A stretch of DNA of 64,000 nt, taken from NCBI GenBank assembly GCA_050084515.1, contig CM114271.1, forward strand, positions 2,790,001 to 2,854,000. Reading direction: 5' to 3'. Position numbers and translations under genes: made by a program. Shown one piece after another: positions 40,366-54,900 of this stretch (position 1 is the stretch's first letter; each line of letters begins with the position of its first letter). Source of the stretch: Blasia pusilla. Taxonomy: Eukaryota. Below the pieces are notes generated by a model, which did no database searches, was not told the origin of the DNA, and worked only from the letters and a program-made list of their open reading frames with translations.

Positions 40366-43300
40366 TTAAGAAGCTGCGGATGCGGCATTTATATTCTGCC
40401 TATATCTGATAGAACTACCATCGTCTCTCCCATGCTTAGACTGCCCCTGACTGTCAGAATCCTGTGCAAAGTTCTGCAACTGATACTCGGAATAGTTGCC
40501 TCCAGGTGAGCTTGAAGTGCTACTATTAGTTGGTCTCTCATTTGTTCCCCCTTTCGATCCTTCCTCCGCAAGCTTTCGCAAGATGTTCATGAATGTTGGA
40601 AGAAGCTTGCTTGTGAGACTAATGATGCCAGGCATCTGTCATGACAACACAAAAGATCAAAAAACTTTCCTATCATTTGCCCCATAAAACGAAGTCTGAC
40701 AAACTCATGGAAGAATACATCCACAGAAAACATCATGTGCAGGCATGTACATGCACAGAAGGAAAAAGACATTCAGTCAACTCACAACACCATGGCGAAA
40801 CTCAGCCGCAATGTCCAGTTGTACCCAAAGTGCCTTCCCCAGAAGGTATAGCACAAAAAAGATCAACAGGTACAATGGATTCCTGTTGAAAATAGAGCAG
40901 GTAAGATTTTCAGTTCTTCAAACAAGAGAATGCCAACACATTGACTTTCAAACCAGTTCACGCTTTGGAATAAATAAAGTATATCAAATGTGCTGAAATA
41001 AGAATACTGTATGAGCACTCCTCCAAATGTAGAGAGAAGTATCACATTCTGGTGAATACTCTATGTCAAAATAACTGTTGCAAGCCAATTATGCATCTAC
41101 TAGAAAAGATAATGGTATAATCATAACTCTGTGGCAATAGTCCTTTCGGCAAAGGGAAGCATTCCAAGCTGTGAACATAATTCTTATGCCACCATATATG
41201 AGGAAAAAAAAATAACATCAAATTCAGAAACTCCCATGCACCTTAGCAGCGCCATAAACTCATTGAAACCCAATATGATCATTGCTCCAATGGCCCATGG
41301 TGGCGGGAGCCATGAAGATGAATTCTTGTGAGCTTCCTGATAACAGATCAGCTTTCAGTGGTACGTCTTCCATGAGCTCAGTGAGATGAACATTAAGATA
41401 CCTTTCAGTAACAGTCAATCCTCCCTTGAGAGGGTCATAAACTAAATCAAGGAATAACTCCATGACAACAGCATGAGCAACAATCATGTGAAACACAACA
41501 AAATTCCCTCTAATCATTCAAACATATAAAGATCATTAAAAGTATTTCCGTAATCCTCAACAAAAATGATTTTCTAGAAACTCGCAAGAGCCCAAAAACT
41601 TCAGTTGCAAAAGCAGGGCTCCAACAGTGATATTTTGAGGTCTTCCACAGCAACGGGGCAACTCTGCAAAAGGGCCCAGATGATGCAGGGATTCATTAAG
41701 GTCTAATACCTGCGCAGCTAAGGCCTGACTGATAGTATAATCAGTTTCAGCTTTAAATTGTCTCCAAATATGTTTACACTGAACTGGCGTCAAAAGAGTA
41801 TTTTCTGGAGCAACCTGCAAACCAAACACGCTTCCGATATATTAGCTCTCTAAAGCACCTTTTTTCCATTTTTACAGATAGTGTTGACTTTTGGATCACA
41901 TTCCACCACTCTGTTATCAAGACTTAAACTTAAACTTTAGGTATCAACATAGATGGCTAGTTCCTTCTAGTTCAACAAAGAATCATGTTTGAAAGTATCA
42001 CAAGTCTGATATTACCAGCACAAAAAAATCTAGATACTACACAAATTTTGTAGAGCTTGTTGGATATTTTGCCGAAAGTTCCAATAATCAACTTCATCAA
42101 TGCCATGTGTACATACCCCATCCCAAGAGCTGGCAGCAAGGGGATTTGACACTAAAATAGATGAGCTTTCACCATCGGATGAAAAGGCTTTCGTTTGTAC
42201 TGCTGCTTCTTGTGAATCACTCAGCAAAGTAGACAAAGCTGGCTCAATACGATCTGCTATATCGTCAAGCCGGATGGCAGCCAATATGGAGAGGCCTTTC
42301 AAGGACTGCACAACAACACTCACAATTAAAGTGCTTGATGGTCTCAATAAAAATTTTCACAAGAACAGAGATTCTGAATACAAACTTTAAAAAATGAAGA
42401 AACATGAAACATAGACTACCGCTAAAATACTGAAGAAATTCCACTTGGATAGAACAAGAAGGTAGAGATTACTCCTACCATTGAACGTGCTTCTTTAGCA
42501 ATGGCCCGGACGTCATCTTTTTCAGACCAAAGCCTTGGCAACGATTCTGCATCGTGGCTAAAACTCGTAGTGAACCTGTTGGATAACAGCCAGAACACTG
42601 AGGACTATGATGAAAGAAACATCATAGACTTGCATCTCACTACTTAAGAAATGGGTTATGAGAAAACAAAATGATAGAACAAATCTTAATAGAATGTAGT
42701 TAATGAATAAGACTGTTGTGTGACCATCGAACTAAAGACACTTCATGTACCTGTCTTTCATACGCAAAAGTGCTTGTGCAGCTTCCTTCCTTGCTTGTCG
42801 TTCAACAACACCTCTCGCGAAAGATGTCAAGTTCTGAAGCATGTCCGCCCTCTCAGATTCTTCCAATTCAAACCCAGAAATGGCTGTCAATAGACTAGAC
42901 TTTGCAGCAGTAATCTCATGTGAGAGAAGCTTTCTAAGGGAAGTCCATGTGTCAGGTGTTGCGGCATCCAAAAGAGCTCCGGCTGGCTCTGAAAGGGCAT
43001 CCTCAACTCGCTTCTGTTCATTTCAGAGGTGATAATTCAGTAACATTTCAACATTGGAGTTTAAGCGACAATCGAGTACATCCACCATGCAGGAGAACTC
43101 TAGCATACTTGAGATACTATTGGCACCTCTATTGATGAGACAATTGCAGCCAGCTTGTCTGTCCGAAGGGTCATAGCATGCGCTTCAACATCCCGCTGGA
43201 GCTTATCACGAAGCTTTCCAGTCTCCCATGGGGCCTGCGACACATGTGCATCTGCATACATAAAAGCATCAACCATATCGGACTGTTAATCCAAAATACT

Positions 43301-46300
43301 TCATCTGCAATACAATGTAGTTGACCGACACTTTTGGAAGACCTTACACTTATTTTTACATCTGGTCACAACAACAAGGGAATTGGAATACAAAAGTGGT
43401 CTGCATGAAATACTTTGCACCAAAGCTCCTCCATACATACCAGCAGAGGCCTTTTCGAATTCCATTAAAGTTTGCTGAGAGCATCGGCGGACAGCAGCAG
43501 CAAAGCCTTCCTCTCCAGCTGGAGCATCAGCTACATGTTTCATTTCTTCCTTGAACTTATTCAAAGCTTCAATACGGAGATTAGCCACCACTGCTTGATA
43601 AGCAGGGTAAACAGTCTGCACATAGAACAAGAAAGAAATAAGTGAATATTCACTGTAAAGCATCTCCTCAAGTAGAAAGAACAAGGGGTTATTTCTCGTC
43701 AACTTTATCCCATACAGACTTAACACAGAAGTAGACCTTATTGATGTGCTGCACGTTCTCCTACTAAATCTAAAGATCGCAAAGTAATTAATGAACATCT
43801 GAACAAACATTGTTCTCCAAGAAGTAAAGGTCCTCTTCACAATTCATCATAAATCCTGAGTGATCTTAAATGAGGAAGACTATATTGAAATAGTGAAGAC
43901 AAACAGTGGATTTCCCCATAGCCAGTTACAAGTGCAACATTAAAAGAGGCTAAGAATGATCACTAAGTCTAAACAGAGAAGTTAGGACCAAAGAAAAAGA
44001 GCTTACTTCCAGAGCTTTGGATAACAAGTACTTCCGCTTGTTACTCCGAACATTGTCTTCAAAATATGCTGCTTCTTGATCATATCTACAAAAATTCTTT
44101 CCCTCTCTTAGTAAATTTTATGTGTAATCACTTGATCGTCCAAAATTAACACAGCAAAAATATTGTGTAGGAAAATGCACAGCTATTATACAAAGGCCAA
44201 AGGCACCCAGTTCCATACTCACTGCAGGCCAGGATGCGTACCCTGAAAGATGCATGTCCAAAAGGGCACTCAACTTCTTTCCAAAGTTTGGAACAGTACC
44301 AACCTTTGCACTGTCATCTATTTCATGCCAAACCTGTCAGAAAGTGAACTGTTCAGAGTGAGAAGCGGGGAAAACTTTTGTAGACAGTTGACAAGGAGAA
44401 GACCGCATAGGGAACACAAGATTGCACATGATCTCTTCGCAATTTCAGTCCACTCTCATGCTCAAGCCCAATGAACAGGCCACAAAATGACATGGTAATA
44501 AGAGGTAAGTACCGGGTCAGATACTAGATCTTTAAGCTTCTCGTGTGCAATTTCTTCACACCGCACTGTCGCAACCATAACCTGCAGCCAAATTGGGAGT
44601 GCAGCATGTAATTAAAAAGGTTGGATTAATCTGAAACAGCCATATCATGCATATACCCCTTTAAGTCAACCATAAAGAGACAACCACACTCCTCTTGAGT
44701 ACCAATCCTACCCTAGGAAGCTGACCCTTCATAGCACTACATTCCTGACGCCAAATATTGTCTTACAGAAAGGGCTCCCCAGAGTCCAAACCTTATGCGC
44801 TGGCAGATCCAGATCTTTGTTTTCCTTTATAATTTTCCACATTGACTTGGTGCTGAAAGGGAAACCTGTCCCTGGCACAACAGCCCTCCGATCACCTGCC
44901 AGCCCACCTGGTAAAATTGAATTGTTGAATCGCTCACGCAAATCTGCAACCTACCAGAAACATCAGCAGTCAGTATTTCCTTCCCAAAATAATTTCAATG
45001 CCTAGGAGAAAGCTTTCATGAATCTAAACTGAACTAAAATCGATAAACCATGGGTTGGATGTTTAAAGATTCATACAAATGTGTTTCATTGGTTTGAACA
45101 TCAGGGTGCAAAACTGCTACATTCAAGAGAATAGCTTGCAAAAGGTTCTAGGTTGCAGAAGAGACAAAGCCCAAGAAATTAGCGCTGGGCTTCATCAATT
45201 GGAACTCCATCCAGTGACTACCCCACAACCTACCCTTTACCAATTCTTACTTAAACCAAGCACCCATCTACAGAAGTCAGACATTGAAGACGAACTTCAT
45301 GGGGCTGAAGGACATCACAGAATTGTATTAGCCTCCTCAATGTTTTTAACACTGAAATTCCCAATAAAAGATGCTAGACAAGAGCTCCATATAACATCAA
45401 ACTAACTCAGACACATACTAAAACATTATTTACTTAATCAATCATAGTCAAACTCTAATATGAGGTATCATCAGAAGATGTACCTATGCGCTTTCTAAAA
45501 TGGTGGTTTTAGGTGTTCTTACTGCTCATGCTTTCCCCAACTAGCCATAAGCTTCTTTCAGAATCTTTATTCTAAGCCACAACTACGATTGGCCTAAGAT
45601 GGTCTGCTGATCATAATTCCCGGAAATAAAAGATTTAACTTCATAAGCAGAAACTCTTTCCCACACAAACGCTTGACTTGACTCTAGCTATAGCTAGAGT
45701 TAAGTCATTTTGCGATGACTATAAGGAACAGGTACAAGTGAGTCTGGCTATACGCTGCACTCAGGTATATATGCCAAGCTAACTCGCAGAGAGAAAAACG
45801 TTTACAAATTCTGAACTCCTGAACTCAACTGGAGATACCAGGCGGTCCACATCAAGGTTGTGATCAGAATGTTGCAATCTTTGCTTCTTTCAAACTTAAG
45901 AGGTAGAAGAGTTGGTCTGGATGCTTGTGACTTTCATCATGCAGAGACAAATCTAACTCGCATACCTGATCCTCGAAGACCTCTGGCTTTTCTTCAAAGT
46001 TGGCTAGCGCCACCACCTCAACCTGACAAACCAGACAATAAGAACTAGAGACAAATATTGTCCACTCAGCAAAAAAAAACTTGACCCTTCCTTTTCCCTT
46101 TCTCCCAAGGGAGATGCACGGATCAATCTCCCAAACAACCATGCAGTCACTTCCTCTTCTCTATAAAATCAACCACCACTCGAAAAAAAAGTTTTGGTAA
46201 CGTTTTTTCATGATAAGATGGACCTAAACTGACTGTCGATAAGATGATGCACCAAAACCATCTTCTAGTGACTATCCAAGTAAAGACTCACACAATCTTA

Positions 46301-49300
46301 TGAAAGTCGGAAAGCTCGCAGAAGGGGCCTGTCTACTAATTTGAAGAAAACTTGAAAAGGAGCCTAACATCTCATGATAACCACTTGACAGAAAATTCAC
46401 ACCTAGATTTTCCCTCCATGGTAAAATATCGACCCAACCCAGCAAGCTTATGCTGAATGATACAGCTGCTAAAACCAAAACCTGCAAGTAAAGAAGTTAC
46501 TTACATTAAAAAACTCGCTGATCGCAGTTTTCTCCAAGTGCTGAGGTTTAGGAGCACTATCCCAAATCTGAAACATAACAACAGATCATGGGATGGCATA
46601 TTATAAATGGTAATCTATATTTAAGAATGTGAAAGAGCATATTATGTGATCATCATAGTTGGCATGCCTGTGCAATACACATTAAGGAAAAAAATAATGA
46701 ATCCTCCATCCCCATTTTGAAAAACTGCCAATCGCAACCCCACTTTCTGGTCCTCTCTCCCCCAGTTCTTCATTTGGAAAATCCCCACACCCAAACCACC
46801 TCATTTTTGGGGAAAGAAAATTTCCTCTGTTTCCTCATTAGAAAAAGAAAAAAAAAACTTTCATCCACTCTATCTCTTCATCCTTAATCCCCATTCCCAA
46901 TCCCATCCACTTTTGCAACCACCGGTATGTAAAATGACACTAAAACCACAACGTTTACAAATTCTCTTGTAGTTTCTTGAAAGTCCTCCTACAATAATAA
47001 GATAAGATGGGTACCTTTTGAACATCTCCTCGCAGTATTGGCTCAAGTGTGTCCAAGGGAGTCTGCTGACAACTAAGACTGTCAGCACATGAGGATGATG
47101 TCTCAAACCCTATCCTTCATCCTAACAAAGCTAGGCTGAACACCCATGATAACTATTAACAAACTCCAAGGCAGTACAATTACAACAACTAGTAAGTCAA
47201 AAGTTCTTACACTAGAAAAAAAAAGACCATGAAATCATTCTTTCAACAAATAACAAGAAATTTTAAATGACGAAAGAGTAGAAATACGTCTTCCTGAAAA
47301 AAATCTGACAACTAATTTTGACATTTGGAAAAAGGACACGGCATCCATAGAGCATTTCACGTTTCTTCACCCTAACCCTGATAGTCGTAGAGATAGACTT
47401 TTGCAAGAATTTCTACAAACATCAAAAACTAAATGCGTGCGCTTTTCTATTGAAAGACTCAACAGAGAACCAATCCCAGTACAGAGTATTTTCAAATTCA
47501 TTACTTCACACCCTATGCTGTGAAGGTCAGAGAATAATAGAACCAAATGAAGTACCCTGGTCTTGTCCCGAATAACAAAAAGAAGTGTTGTTTTCCGTGG
47601 CGTAAACAATCGCATCATAACCTGTGTGGATTCACACCAGACAGCACAGTCATCAGAATTACCAATCCTTCAAACTGTATGTGCAAAGCTGTACAAACAA
47701 ACTAAACACAACGTGCACCTGGAGCCCACTGGAATCTTACTAAGAATAAATTTACAAAATTGACCACTGCTTGAAGACCCACAAAAGCTTCACAAACCTG
47801 AAATACAGTCTTTAGAAGTGGTTTATTTGCTGCTTGCTCACGACCAATATCATGGCACCACCTGGAGAAAAACAAAGATGATCACATAAACTTCCCTTAT
47901 ACATATAGAAGTAGGAAGCAGAAAAAAAATTCTGCATTAGGATGGAACTATCTTCACGTTTACACTGTTCTTTGCCCCAGGGATTTTAAGAGGAACAATA
48001 TTTATTCACTCTCATACTCTTACTAATCCCAACTTTCCAAACGCATTCGATCACTTTCGCTAGCAAGGTTTGTATGTCCCTAAAAGAGGGGCAGCTCTAT
48101 ATAAATTTATAAAACAACACCAATAGAGAAGCCTGTGTAGGTACATGTTAATTAGAACTATATCTGAAACAGCCAGTGCAAAAAGAGCGCTCTGCTTTTC
48201 GAAAGCAGTATCATCCTGCAATCACCATGGCAGTAGAGAGAAAATTTGTCAGTAAAATCAGTAAAGTCGGGATTCCTTACCATCAATATTGCCAAATATC
48301 GGCAGAAATCCTTCAACACCAGAATCCCAAGTAGGTAAGGCCGAGGCAAACCCCCATAAGTGCTAGGAATTCTCACTGAGAGTTGACAGCTTTCAGGGCA
48401 AAGTTTTGGTTGCTTCTGTAAACGCATACTGGATAGGATATCTGCCCCTCTAGCTAAGAACACCAATTGGAGCCAACACTAAGCAACAGAAGTAAGCTCG
48501 AGAAAGAAGACACCTTGAGCAAAACCTGGCCAAACCCTAGCAGGTCAAAGACTTCGACATGGCTTACATCACTGCACACGAGTTACCTCTCCTCTTTCTC
48601 GGCCATCTGTCCCTTCTAAATCCATGACAATAGTGCAGGGATCAATATTCTTTGCCCGTGCAATCCACACACCTTGAGTTGTTTGACTCCTGTACCCCAC
48701 CAAGCCCAACCTGAGTTAAGGCATACGAGAAAGACTAAATTCGATAGCTGTTTCTGGCCAGTTATACAACCAGAAGTACAGGTTGAATGCAAAAGTTTGA
48801 CTTTAAACACAGGCAAGAGGGGTAAGAGTAATACAATCTACAAATTCATTCAGTTGAAAACAAGGGTGCACGACAGAATTTCCTACTACAGGTTTAAACA
48901 TAGGTACAAGAATGTAACGGCAAGAGGCAGGAGACAAGTAAGAAATTGAATTCATTAGCTAACAGAGGCGCCTGATGATTTTGATGATCTCCTTGGTTGG
49001 CCTCAGCAACCCAAGGGAGAGATTGAGGAGCCTCAAAGCAGGATTTGAATGAATCTGCAGGTGCACTTCACGTGGTGAAGGGGCTGTGATCCCCCGCGTC
49101 TGTCCTCAAGGTCTAGATATAAAAGAATACTGACATGGTTTAAAGAACAAGCCTCATCGCAAGGTTTGAGTGACTTTCCTGGTGAGATTCACGAGGTCAC
49201 GGTACAGTAAACCCTTGTAACTGTTTCCAAGGTCCAAAATCAACTGCGTAGTGAATTACTGTAAAGATAGAGAACTACCGCAAGTAAGGTCACTGATAAG

Positions 49301-51092
49301 TGACCTGGGCCTTGAGACAGAAAGATGCCGTTGACATCAGAGATTCCACCATGTGAACTCTCCACGGACCAACACTTGCACAGCAATCAACTTAGGTAAA
49401 TGATTGCCTACAAGTAGTTAGGAAATTCGTATTAAGTAATGTCACCTCCTATCAATGGACTGTCAAGTATCGTTGCTGACGCATTTGTCTCATCCGTTCA
49501 TCATATCTTTACCAACAAGCACCACTCAAGTAACTCCAAAGACTGGATGATACGATCAAAAAGTCACTTAAAATTCTGAGATAGTGCGCCCCAGTGCCAG
49601 GGCACCAGGCTACCAACAGCCTAAGTGACAACTTTGGGATATCCCTGTTTGAAGATTGAATCATACCTTCCAAACTAAAAGAACGATTTACACTTTCAAT
49701 TGCTCTGGGTACGCCGGCAACCGGCAGAGGTGTAAACTCGAGTATAACCAGTTGCTCCATTAATTTTCCTCAGATGAACGAAAGGACAAGCCCCCATGTG
49801 ACACCATTCCAGCACTGGGACGAAAGTTTTTAAAGTACGTTACCCTCCAAGGAAGGAATGTGGTGTGCGAGGCCCAGATTTACAAAGTTGAAAAAATGGA
49901 ACTCTCCCTTGACCTATGGGATGGGGAATGTGAGGGTACATTCCATATTGCATCTCTACTATGCAAGAGTCAGAGGCTCATAGCGGTAAATGTCGACGCG
50001 TCTGGGTACGCCTAGTGCGTTTCTGCACTCGATCTCTACTAATTAGAATCAGGCAATCAGTAGAAGTACTACTAACCTTCCAGCGAAGGCATCCATTTCC
50101 CTGAACTTGGTTTTGAAAAGGTGATTCAGAAGTGTACTTTTACCTGCATAAAAGAAATGTGAATTAATTAACCCTCCAACAGAAACAGCACATTTGACGA
50201 CTTTGCTGAGAGGACTACCTACGAAAAAGTGAAGCGAAATGACTCACTAGGGCCCAAATCAACCCAGAGGCACAATCTGCCACCCACTCAAACTGATGAT
50301 GGACAGGTGAAAACTGTAAATAATCGGACTCACCATTCATACATTGAGCCCTTCCCTGCAGCGTATATCTAGACTAGGACTATGTTCATCGAGTAAGTAA
50401 TTCGGGATAGAGATGGCAGCAAGGCCTTCACTTCTACATGAATCGATCGACCACTAGAATAAGTCCTGCCACACTTCGATCGACCGTGGACCTCACATAC
50501 GTTGCCGAAAGCGACCCAATCATTACCACCTGCTACATCCTACATCAGAATCCATAATCTTTAAAACGACCAGGACCAATCCACACGAATTACGCAGTGG
50601 CCGGCTGTATGAGTAATTTCGCTACTTTCTTGGCTTATGCCATACCGAACAATACATGACATCCCGGGTCTCGAATTGACTCGAATCACCATCGGCTAAA
50701 CGATTCTACGAGCAAAATTCCTCCCGAGACAAATCAGAGCTAGACACAGGAGGATTTTAGAGCCTGCGCTGAAAGTTGGGCCTATTTCAGAAGTATAAAC
50801 AACCCCATTACATTTCACCACATTCAGGCCCCACTTGCCAATTCGCAAACACAGATGTAGACTAAACTGATCATAGGGTCCAATCCGCGGATACGAAAGA
50901 AGCCGTACCGCTACTTTGGGGCCCCATGATTGCCACCACGGCGTAAGAGAGCCCACACTCTGCCAGCTTGATTGCCTTGACGAAAGCATCCAAGCCTCCT
51001 TCATCAAAGACGCCTTGTCCATCGATCAGCTGCAAAGACAAATTTCCAAGGGCAGCCTCGCCTGGAACGTGCCGCTCATTCAACGCAGTCAT
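40366..51092 (-). CDS. RHD3: ROOT HAIR DEFECTIVE 3 / Sey1 atlastin-like ER-fusion GTPase, ~22 coding exons
   Basis: Exons read [30 protein letters not shown]...[67 protein letters not shown]...[26 protein letters not shown] and LPPPWAI...LGFNEFM..LRNPLYL. The intron borders checked are GT-AG. Probable 5'UTR intron at ~51143-51366. Confidence 0.96.
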
Positions 51093-51860
51093 CTTGGCGT
51101 TGAGATGAAGAGCGGAGGCAGAAAGATAAAATGCTGCTACTCTGCAAACAGATCAAGCACATGCTAAAGTGATGGAGAGATCCAGACTGCACTCCGATTT
51201 GATCACTCGTTCGCAGACCTCAAATCCAAACCCTCCACGACAACCGGCTGCAAACCAACACTGATTCTCCCTAAACACACAAGATCTGAATCAATTGCCA
51301 GAATCAGTGCAAAGCGACCGAGTAGAGAGCAGTACAGCGTTCTTTACTTGCATCACAAACCACTACCTGCCACCACAAATTCATCCGCTGATCGCTACCA
51401 AATGCGCCACAAACCCGCGGCAGCAGCAAACTCTCAACGCTTCACTTCTCCCCTCCACACTACTTCCCTCCGTCCAAGCCAAAGCCAAAACCACAGGGTA
51501 GACGCATCCCACGAGTGAGAGCCGCAGGCGCCGGAGGAGCGATCACCCGAAGCCCAGAACGAACGCACACATGTAGGGACATCCACTTTTTTGAACAGCA
51601 GTCGGGACAGACAGCGAGCGCCTTTGGGACGGCCGATTGGGATTAATTAATTACCTACAGCACTCTACACATGTAGAGTAGCAGTAGCAGCCTGTATCAC
51701 TTCATGAGTATCCGCTTGTCTCTCTTACGTTGCTCGCATTGCAATTCGTGGCAGTATGACGAGGAATGAGTGTGAGATAATGCCTTTTTTCTACATATAC
51801 CAAGTTCTTAACAAAACGATATTAGAGAGGAAAAAGAAAGCAAAGAGGACCAGTCACATA

Positions 51861-51920
51861 CCACGTGGAACAACTAACCAATGAAGAATTGCGAACTGTC
51901 TTGGTGCGCTTTCCACGTGG
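51861..51920. promoter_or_regulatory. Two G-box (CCACGTGG) elements upstream of RHD3
   Basis: ccacgtgg at 51861 and 51913, with a CCAAT between them. Function is inferred only. Confidence 0.3.
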
Positions 51921-54900
51921 TCAAAACGAAAACAAAGTGACTCGTTCGATTTGAATTATTATTTTAAACGGGCACAGGAAAAAAAAAGAATTAGTATAAC
52001 GCATGAATCGGATTGCAGTTGAGCTGCTTGTTTCTCTACGTCCGAGATTCATCATCCGCCACTATGGAGAAGTGGGAGTCGGGAACTTTTGTGTTAGGAG
52101 ACAAGATATGTAAATAAAATGATTTATTGAATATCATATTTAGTGCCCTTACATATATTCGTCTTTTTCTCTGATCAGCTAGGTTTTTTTCTCATCATCA
52201 CGTATCAATTACTTTCTCCCCTACCCCTGTGAAAGGTTTTTCAAACGTAAAGATCATTATATCAAAACTATCCTTAAAATTGAACGATTTTCGGATGCTT
52301 ATGCGAATTTTTTTATTTTAGATCATTTCATTTCATAAAATGTAAGAAGAATTAAACTAGTGGTAATTCTGCTATATATGGTGAGTAGCATCCCATATCT
52401 ATGACCTGATTAAGAATTCACAATGTGACTTTCTATGGTACAAAAGTCTCCATAGTTGTCATTGTCTTTTTCAAATGTCAAAATTATATCAGCCAGCTTT
52501 TTTCATTTAGGGTTGGATCTCATGGCCGCAATGTTTACGCAACCCGAGTGCGTCACCGAACTTCCTTCGCACGAAACTTTTGGGAGCAAGAAAAGTCCAA
52601 CATCCTAGCAACCATCTTAATCATAATGTACATTGGGTTATGTTAAATCATCCATTGGTAAGATGATTTCTTTAGTTATTTGTTTGAAAAAACTTATCAT
52701 CGTGACCCATGCAACCTTCCATGGGATCCAGCCCTTAGATTTGCTAGTGAGGTGTCCAGTCTTTTCTAATGAGTCCCATGCTTTTTTTCTTCACACTAAA
52801 ATGGGCCACCACATTTTAATGTGGAAAAATAAAGGTGACTCATTGTACTTGTGTCACATCAAAGACAAACATCAAGAAACTAAAACTCAATCCTCCTATT
52901 AATTCATATATTTTTTCTCAATGAATAAAATTTGGACATTATTTCATTTATTTTTTCTTATGTTTTTTATTTGATGAGCCTTTATAAAGTAGTTTATATT
53001 ACTACAAGAGACCTTAAGTAAAACTTAATTACAAACATTCATTTCAAAAAATTGTAGTTGAACCCTTTATTAAGCATATTTGAACATTGCTCTAAACTAA
53101 AAATGAATGGATAAAATGGAAAATTGTATCTAGGATAGAGTCCTTGGAGTTTTTCTAGTGAAACCGGTATCTTTTGGGTTCGTCATATTGGCAAATGGTA
53201 ATTGTATAACTTGTCAATGTTTGGGCATTCTGTCTATACTGTTATTTGCACAAAGGATCTTAGCAACAAACATCTCTCTATTTGACTCTTATCCTTGTTG
53301 GGTGGTTTCCAATTTTGACATTTGTGCCCTCTCATAGTTTAGTCTCATGTAACTAACATAGAGAAGGATGCAAAGTGAAGGAGGGCTTCTTTCACATGTA
53401 CGAGGCATGGGCCACAACTAGTGCAGAGAAACAAAGTACTTCCAAGCCAATTTGTCTTCACGTCGATGAGAAACAAAACGTTTTGTCGCCCGCAACATGC
53501 ATAGACATCAAACCCATGAGCCCCAATGTCCTTTGCCTTTTGAGGTCATCCAAGACCTCCCTCCCAAAATTTTCCCGCAAGAATTTTCCGTCGTAATAAA
53601 TACTCAGCTGGAAACAAATGAATTGAATTTTCATTTTTTATTTTTGTAATAAAAAAATCTCTATAAGATGTGTCTCTCCAAAAACAATTTAATCTTTAGA
53701 CTTTCATAATTGCCTCTAGGTACCCCTTTTCATCTCCATCCCTAAAACCGAGCGCATCCTAGGAGCATCAAAATTATCAGTGTGCTCAATTAGGTTATGG
53801 ATCTAGATACCTTCCATTTCAAAATATGTAGATGGAACAGGTGTCCACCAGAAAAAAAAATCACTTAGATCTTGGAACATTTTCGTCCAAGAGGAGCCCG
53901 TTTCAGGATAAAAACATTTCCCTGCTTTGCAAGTGATTCTTTTTCAAATTTTTATCGGCTCTCACCCATACCTAGACATGATAAAAACCGGTACAACTTA
54001 TGGAAAAGCCTTATGACATCCTCAAAACAAATCACAAAGAAAAAAACTACTCGCTCGCCCTCGACAGGCGCTGAGGTCATTGTGAGTTGTTTCATCAATG
54101 AATGCAGTTATTTGGTAGTACAACAATTGATTCCTGAGCGAAAAGAAGAAATGTCGGTCAAGATCAGAATAACCAGCCACGTTGGGATCATCCGAGCAAA
54201 AGCGAGGGAAGTAGTTTAGCCAACTGTCACCTTCCCTCACTGACAAGTTCTTATTCCTCTTTCCTCTGCCAAAAGCGGCGTGATTCAGTGGATCACAAGT
54301 GCTGGGTACAAACGATAAGGCCCAATACAACATCGCCACTTGGCATAGTTTTTGGAGCTTCCCTCCTTTGTAAAAGTCCAAGTTCTTTCCTGTTCTCTCG
54401 TCTTGAGAAGTAAGTAATCCCCGATGGTAGCGTTGGTACGATGTGTTAGTTTGGTGGACGTGAAAGGAAGGAGATGGACGTTTTCGTTTAGGGCCGTCTT
54501 ACGTGTCGTAGTGCCTACTTATGCGGCAGCGTGTTAGGGATGTTTGCAGGCACATATTTCGTCAGAGGCCATTTTAAAGATACATTTTATTACTGTGTAA
54601 GTTTGTTGCTTGAAATTGTGGGATTGCGACGCGTGTTCCAATTTTCGCACGTGTCAAGCCGAAGAAGGTCGAAGCAATGGTGAACTCATATTTCCATCCC
54701 TGGAAGCAGTTTCTCGAAATATTCTTTATTCACTTTTCACCAGAAAATATCGGCTCAAATAAACGAATAAATGTTGGATTTATGTAATTGGATTTCCTTC
54801 CGAAATTTTTCATTAATCAGAAAAATTTCTAAATTAGCGATCTCATTGGAAGATGATTACGGCCCTTCCCTGTTTCTAATATCTCCACGTTTTTTATATC

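Noticed and set aside
51861-51920. ER-stress element (ERSE) upstream of RHD3
   Set aside because: CCAAT and CCACG are not in the CCAAT-N9/10-C(C)ACG arrangement on either strand.
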